Assembly (NCBI GenBank): GCA_029262035.1
Contig: JAJDAE010000296.1
Span: forward strand, 182 to 64,181
Direction: 5' to 3'
From: Candidatus Zhuqueibacterota bacterium
Lineage (GTDB): Bacteria; Zhuqueibacterota; Zhuqueibacteria; Oceanimicrobiales; Oceanimicrobiaceae
Length of the DNA stretch: 64,000 nucleotides
The position numbers and the translations under genes are program-made. The first letter of the stretch is position 1; every line of letters starts with the position of its first letter. Positions 60,748 to 64,000 of this stretch are shown piece after piece. The notes under the pieces are model-generated. The model saw nothing but the letters and a program-made list of their open reading frames with translations. It ran no database searches and was not told where the DNA came from.

Positions 60748-61430
60748 TTTTATTTTGGACCAAAACTGCTAAGAAACTAGCTTTTATAATCGTGATGGCT
60801 CTAATGTTCATGTCCATGATCAATTTTACTTCTGACATAAAAAAAATGGAAGAAGATAAAGCAAACGTAGGCCATTTAGCAAAAAAGATTTCTGACATAC
60901 AGAGTTTTTTAAAAGAAGATTCTGTAAGAACTGCAGCTTTAGAAAAAATAGACTCGATAATGTCTAGGTATAATCGCAGGTTATCTCAACAGGAAAAATA
61001 CCTGATTGCTAATGAAATTTATAATATGAGTATTAAATACGAAAATCTGGACATCGATCTAATTTGTGCTACTATTACTCACGAGAGCGCGCGAACCTGG
61101 CGACCAACCATTGTTTCCCCGGCTGGGGCGTTGGGACTCATGCAAATTATGCCAAACACTGGTAATTTTCTCAGTAAACATGAGGGTATTAAATGGACAA
61201 AACCAAAAGAAGTTTTGTTCAACCCAATATATAATATTCGTATGGGGTGTCGTTATCTCTCTATGCTTGTTGAATTATACCATATTGATGGCGGCTTAGC
61301 TGCCTATAACGGAGGGGAGAGACGTGCTGCCAAATGGCTTGCAAACGGCAGAAACGATGATGTTTTGTTTGAAGAGACACGCGGCTATGTGCCCGCTGTA
61401 CTCAAACTATATGACACGTACAAAAACTAA
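60744..61430 (+). CDS. Membrane-anchored SLT-family lytic transglycosylase
   Basis: HES catalytic Glu, GALGLMQI, AAYNGG, ETRGYV; N-terminal TM helix. Confidence 0.9.
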   Translation: MILFWTKTAKKLAFIIVMALMFMSMINFTSDIKKMEEDKANVGHLAKKISDIQSFLKEDSVRTAALEKIDSIMSRYNRRLSQQEKYLIANEIYNMSIKYENLDIDLICATITHESARTWRPTIVSPAGALGLMQIMPNTGNFLSKHEGIKWTKPKEVLFNPIYNIRMGCRYLSMLVELYHIDGGLAAYNGGERRAAKWLANGRNDDVLFEETRGYVPAVLKLYDTYKN

Positions 61431-61438
61431 GATTAATA

Positions 61439-63187
61439 ATGATGGGCGATGTAAAACAACAAGAAAAGGAATTCTATTGTGAGCTGGTAAATCGGTTTTT
61501 CAATGAAAACAGTTATTTCTTTCATTGTATTAATCATGAACTGGATGGCGTTTTAACCGAAACAAAAGATGTTGACAATGAAATTTACCTAATGCTTGGC
61601 AATTTTTTTGATAAACTTATTTCCAAAGAAGATGTGGCAGCGGAGTTGGAGAGCTTAAAGCAAGGTAATGAATTCTTCGAATTTGTCGATAAATTAGAGC
61701 AGAGTGTATCATTTCTCCATAATAACGAACTTGATACAGAACGGATGAAAATAGAAATCGAAGGACTCGCTCATTCAATGTTCAACAGCGCTCTTTTGGC
61801 ATTTCAAACACCGAGCACTACCACTCAATCTAAAAACTATTTGAACAACGATGAGGTTGGGTCAGAGAAAATTAAAGAAACTGGGATATCAGAGCTGTCT
61901 TCTACTGAACCTGTTAATGTGGAATCCGGGATTTTCTCGGATGAAACTGAAAGCTTAAAAGAAAGCCAGGGAAATGCAGATGAAAAGGATTTTCATCTGG
62001 AGGCTGAACTTGACAAGGATGTTAGGCTTACGGGTGGGCTGAATAACAGAAGAAGTATTGAAGACAGCTCTGATATTCCACTAAAAGACAAACATCTTAC
62101 GCCACAGCCAGCCAGCTTTCTTTCTGTGTTCATCATAGAAACCAAGCAAAAAATTGATTCCTTAAATAAAATAATTCAGAAAAAGAACATAACGAACAAA
62201 AGCTGGAAGGAATCTACGGATATTATTGATTCTATAATGATGTCTTCAGTAATTTATGGTTTTGAGGCATATGAGCAAATCGCAGTAAAATCCAAGAAAC
62301 AGCTCAAAAAATATATTTCATCCGCTCAGTTCAAGGAAGCTAGAGTCCTACTTGAAGGAACCATCGACAACCTAAATTCACTGGTTGAAAAAAATGATCC
62401 TGAAAACGTAAACCAAACGTTTATTAAAAATGCTACTGAGAAACTATTAACTTCTCAAAATAACCAATCTGAATCTTCAGTGGCGGCATTAACTGTAGAA
62501 AAAACAGCTCACCCAGAAAAAAAAAGACCAACTAAGCAAGCAATAGAAATTTCTGATGATATTGCTCCTCCACAGGATGTCATACAAATAAAAATCCCGG
62601 GGGAGGATGATGAGGAAATTCATAGCTTAATTGCAGAAATTTCCAAAGAGTCTGCATTAATCCAACCCGCTTGGAATTCAGAACAAACAGTAACCCCGGA
62701 GCCCCGGTTTGAAACCGAAGAAGCCATACGGGTTAACGCGCCAAAACCTGTTGAGGATAAAACTTTTTCTCTCTACAGACAACAGGCAGAACTCTACTTT
62801 AGCGTAATCGAAGAAGCACTAATTACACTTGAAAGGCAGCGACGTAATAAAACTGCACTTGAAGACTTGGAACTGGCCTCTAACGCACTATACGGACTTT
62901 CACTCAAATTAAACTTAGACCCAATCGGTAAATTTCCGGATCTCATTCTAACATTAATAAAAAATATTCTCGCAACCAACTATACAATAACCGAAAAAGA
63001 TCATGCCTTAATTAGCAAAGGATTTAGCTATTTCAAAAGCCTGGGAAATTTAGAAGAATTGGACGAAGGTAAATTTAATGAGATCATAAAAGCTATTATC
63101 TCATTTGATAAACAAGTGAAAAATCAAGCCTCCCACGATGCTGATTTCATGGCCTATCCTCCTTCAGGGCGAATAGGTTTTGCTTAA
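61439..63187 (+). CDS. Hypothetical protein with degenerate Hpt / CheA-P1-like helical domains
   Basis: FSLYRQQAELY..LEDLELASNALYGLS and a similar internal segment, separated by acidic linkers. Confidence 0.5.
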   Translation: MMGDVKQQEKEFYCELVNRFFNENSYFFHCINHELDGVLTETKDVDNEIYLMLGNFFDKLISKEDVAAELESLKQGNEFFEFVDKLEQSVSFLHNNELDTERMKIEIEGLAHSMFNSALLAFQTPSTTTQSKNYLNNDEVGSEKIKETGISELSSTEPVNVESGIFSDETESLKESQGNADEKDFHLEAELDKDVRLTGGLNNRRSIEDSSDIPLKDKHLTPQPASFLSVFIIETKQKIDSLNKIIQKKNITNKSWKESTDIIDSIMMSSVIYGFEAYEQIAVKSKKQLKKYISSAQFKEARVLLEGTIDNLNSLVEKNDPENVNQTFIKNATEKLLTSQNNQSESSVAALTVEKTAHPEKKRPTKQAIEISDDIAPPQDVIQIKIPGEDDEEIHSLIAEISKESALIQPAWNSEQTVTPEPRFETEEAIRVNAPKPVEDKTFSLYRQQAELYFSVIEEALITLERQRRNKTALEDLELASNALYGLSLKLNLDPIGKFPDLILTLIKNILATNYTITEKDHALISKGFSYFKSLGNLEELDEGKFNEIIKAIISFDKQVKNQASHDADFMAYPPSGRIGFA

Positions 63188-63215
63188 GATCACAAACTAC
63201 CAAGGTTAAACAGCA

Positions 63216-64000
63216 ATGGCAAATAACTCAGATACAGACAAAGAACTCGAAGCAGTTTTAGGATCGCATAAAACATCAATTAAAATTGTAGGTGCCGGTG
63301 GCGCCGGTAATAACACGGTGACGCGCTTGCTTGAAGTCGGTGTTAAAGATGTCGATGTAATCGCAGTAAATACCGATGCCCAGGATTTACTTTTCGCTAA
63401 AGCTGATAGCAAGATTCTCATTGGCAAAACCATAACTAACGGGCTGGGCGCTGGTAGTGATCCATCAAAAGGCAATGAGTCAGCAAAGGAAAACATCGAA
63501 GAAATTGAAAACGAACTTCAGGGCAGCGACATGGTTTTTATCACCTGCGGACTCGGTGGTGGAACTGGTACGGGTTCAGCACCGGTAATTGCAGAAGTTG
63601 CAAAAAAGCTCGATGCTCTAACGATCGCTGTGGTTACCCTTCCCTTTAGCGATGAAGGCATTGTCCGGCTTGAAAATGCACGTAAAGGCCTGCAGCAATT
63701 GCAGAAAAATGTAGATACCGTAATAGTTGTCCAAAACGACAAACTGCTTGACCTTGTACCTGACATGCCGCTCAATCAGGCATTTAAAGTCGCAGATGAA
63801 ATCCTTGTCAACACGGTTAAAGGCATCACTGAACTCGTCACTGAAAAAGGTCTGGTAAACCTTGATTTTGCAGATGTTCGTACAATTATGCAGGATGGCG
63901 GCATAGCAATGATCGGCTTTGGCGAGAGTAAAGATATGGAAGCTGAAGAAGCTGCAGAACAAGCATTACAAAATCCCTTACTTGATGTAGAAGTAGATGG
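63216..64000 (+). CDS. ftsZ: Tubulin/FtsZ GTPase, archaeal FtsZ1-like; partial, runs off the window
   Basis: Not in ORF track. Manual translation: [65 protein letters not shown], open to the window end. Confidence 0.95.
   Translation, partial: MANNSDTDKELEAVLGSHKTSIKIVGAGGAGNNTVTRLLEVGVKDVDVIAVNTDAQDLLFAKADSKILIGKTITNGLGAGSDPSKGNESAKENIEEIENELQGSDMVFITCGLGGGTGTGSAPVIAEVAKKLDALTIAVVTLPFSDEGIVRLENARKGLQQLQKNVDTVIVVQNDKLLDLVPDMPLNQAFKVADEILVNTVKGITELVTEKGLVNLDFADVRTIMQDGGIAMIGFGESKDMEAEEAAEQALQNPLLDVEVD

Noticed and set aside
2276..63962. Numerous short overlapping or antisense ORFs in the track (e.g. 2452-2757, 7272-7526, 8080-8574, 23605-24171, 63206-63496, 63518-63775, 63618-63962)
   Set aside because: They are shadows of well-supported genes and have no recognisable motifs. 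The last three are antisense to ftsZ.
1..64000. CRISPR arrays, tRNA or rRNA genes, transposases
   Set aside because: No spaced repeats, cloverleaf or rRNA signatures, or transposase ORFs were seen on manual reading

Overview
Chromosomal window from a diderm bacterium, probably FCB group (KSB1- or Calditrichota-like, inferred from PorV-family proteins, T9SS/FlgD-type C-terminal sorting domains and SusD-less TonB loci). I found no rRNA, tRNA, CRISPR array or intact mobile element. From left to right: a partial FG-GAP protein; a 2-oxoacid:ferredoxin oxidoreductase, Ald-like and CoA-transferase operon; a long housekeeping operon (ecfT, truA, transaldolase, htrA, purB, purC, psd, pssA, purS, purQ, two tatA-like, gatA, gatB); a 15 kb outer-membrane uptake locus; an OPT-PqqD-peptidase operon; cdsA, pyrD, pyrK, TPR proteins, an adenylate cyclase, mazG and EF-G2; and a signalling cluster. 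Two things stand out. (1) A purine-riboswitch-fold aptamer at 20282-20351 carries the U51C change typical of 2'-deoxyguanosine sensors and heads a putative extracellular DNA utilisation locus (lamin-tail/OB-fold protein, TonB receptor, PorV-like barrel, lipoproteins, two secreted EEP nucleases). (2) A putative sigma54-driven operon (REC-DUF4388, ParA, REC, lytic transglycosylase, His-less Hpt-like protein) ends in an archaeal-type FtsZ1 that the ORF track missed because it runs off the window. All family assignments come from reading motifs by eye, not from database searches.
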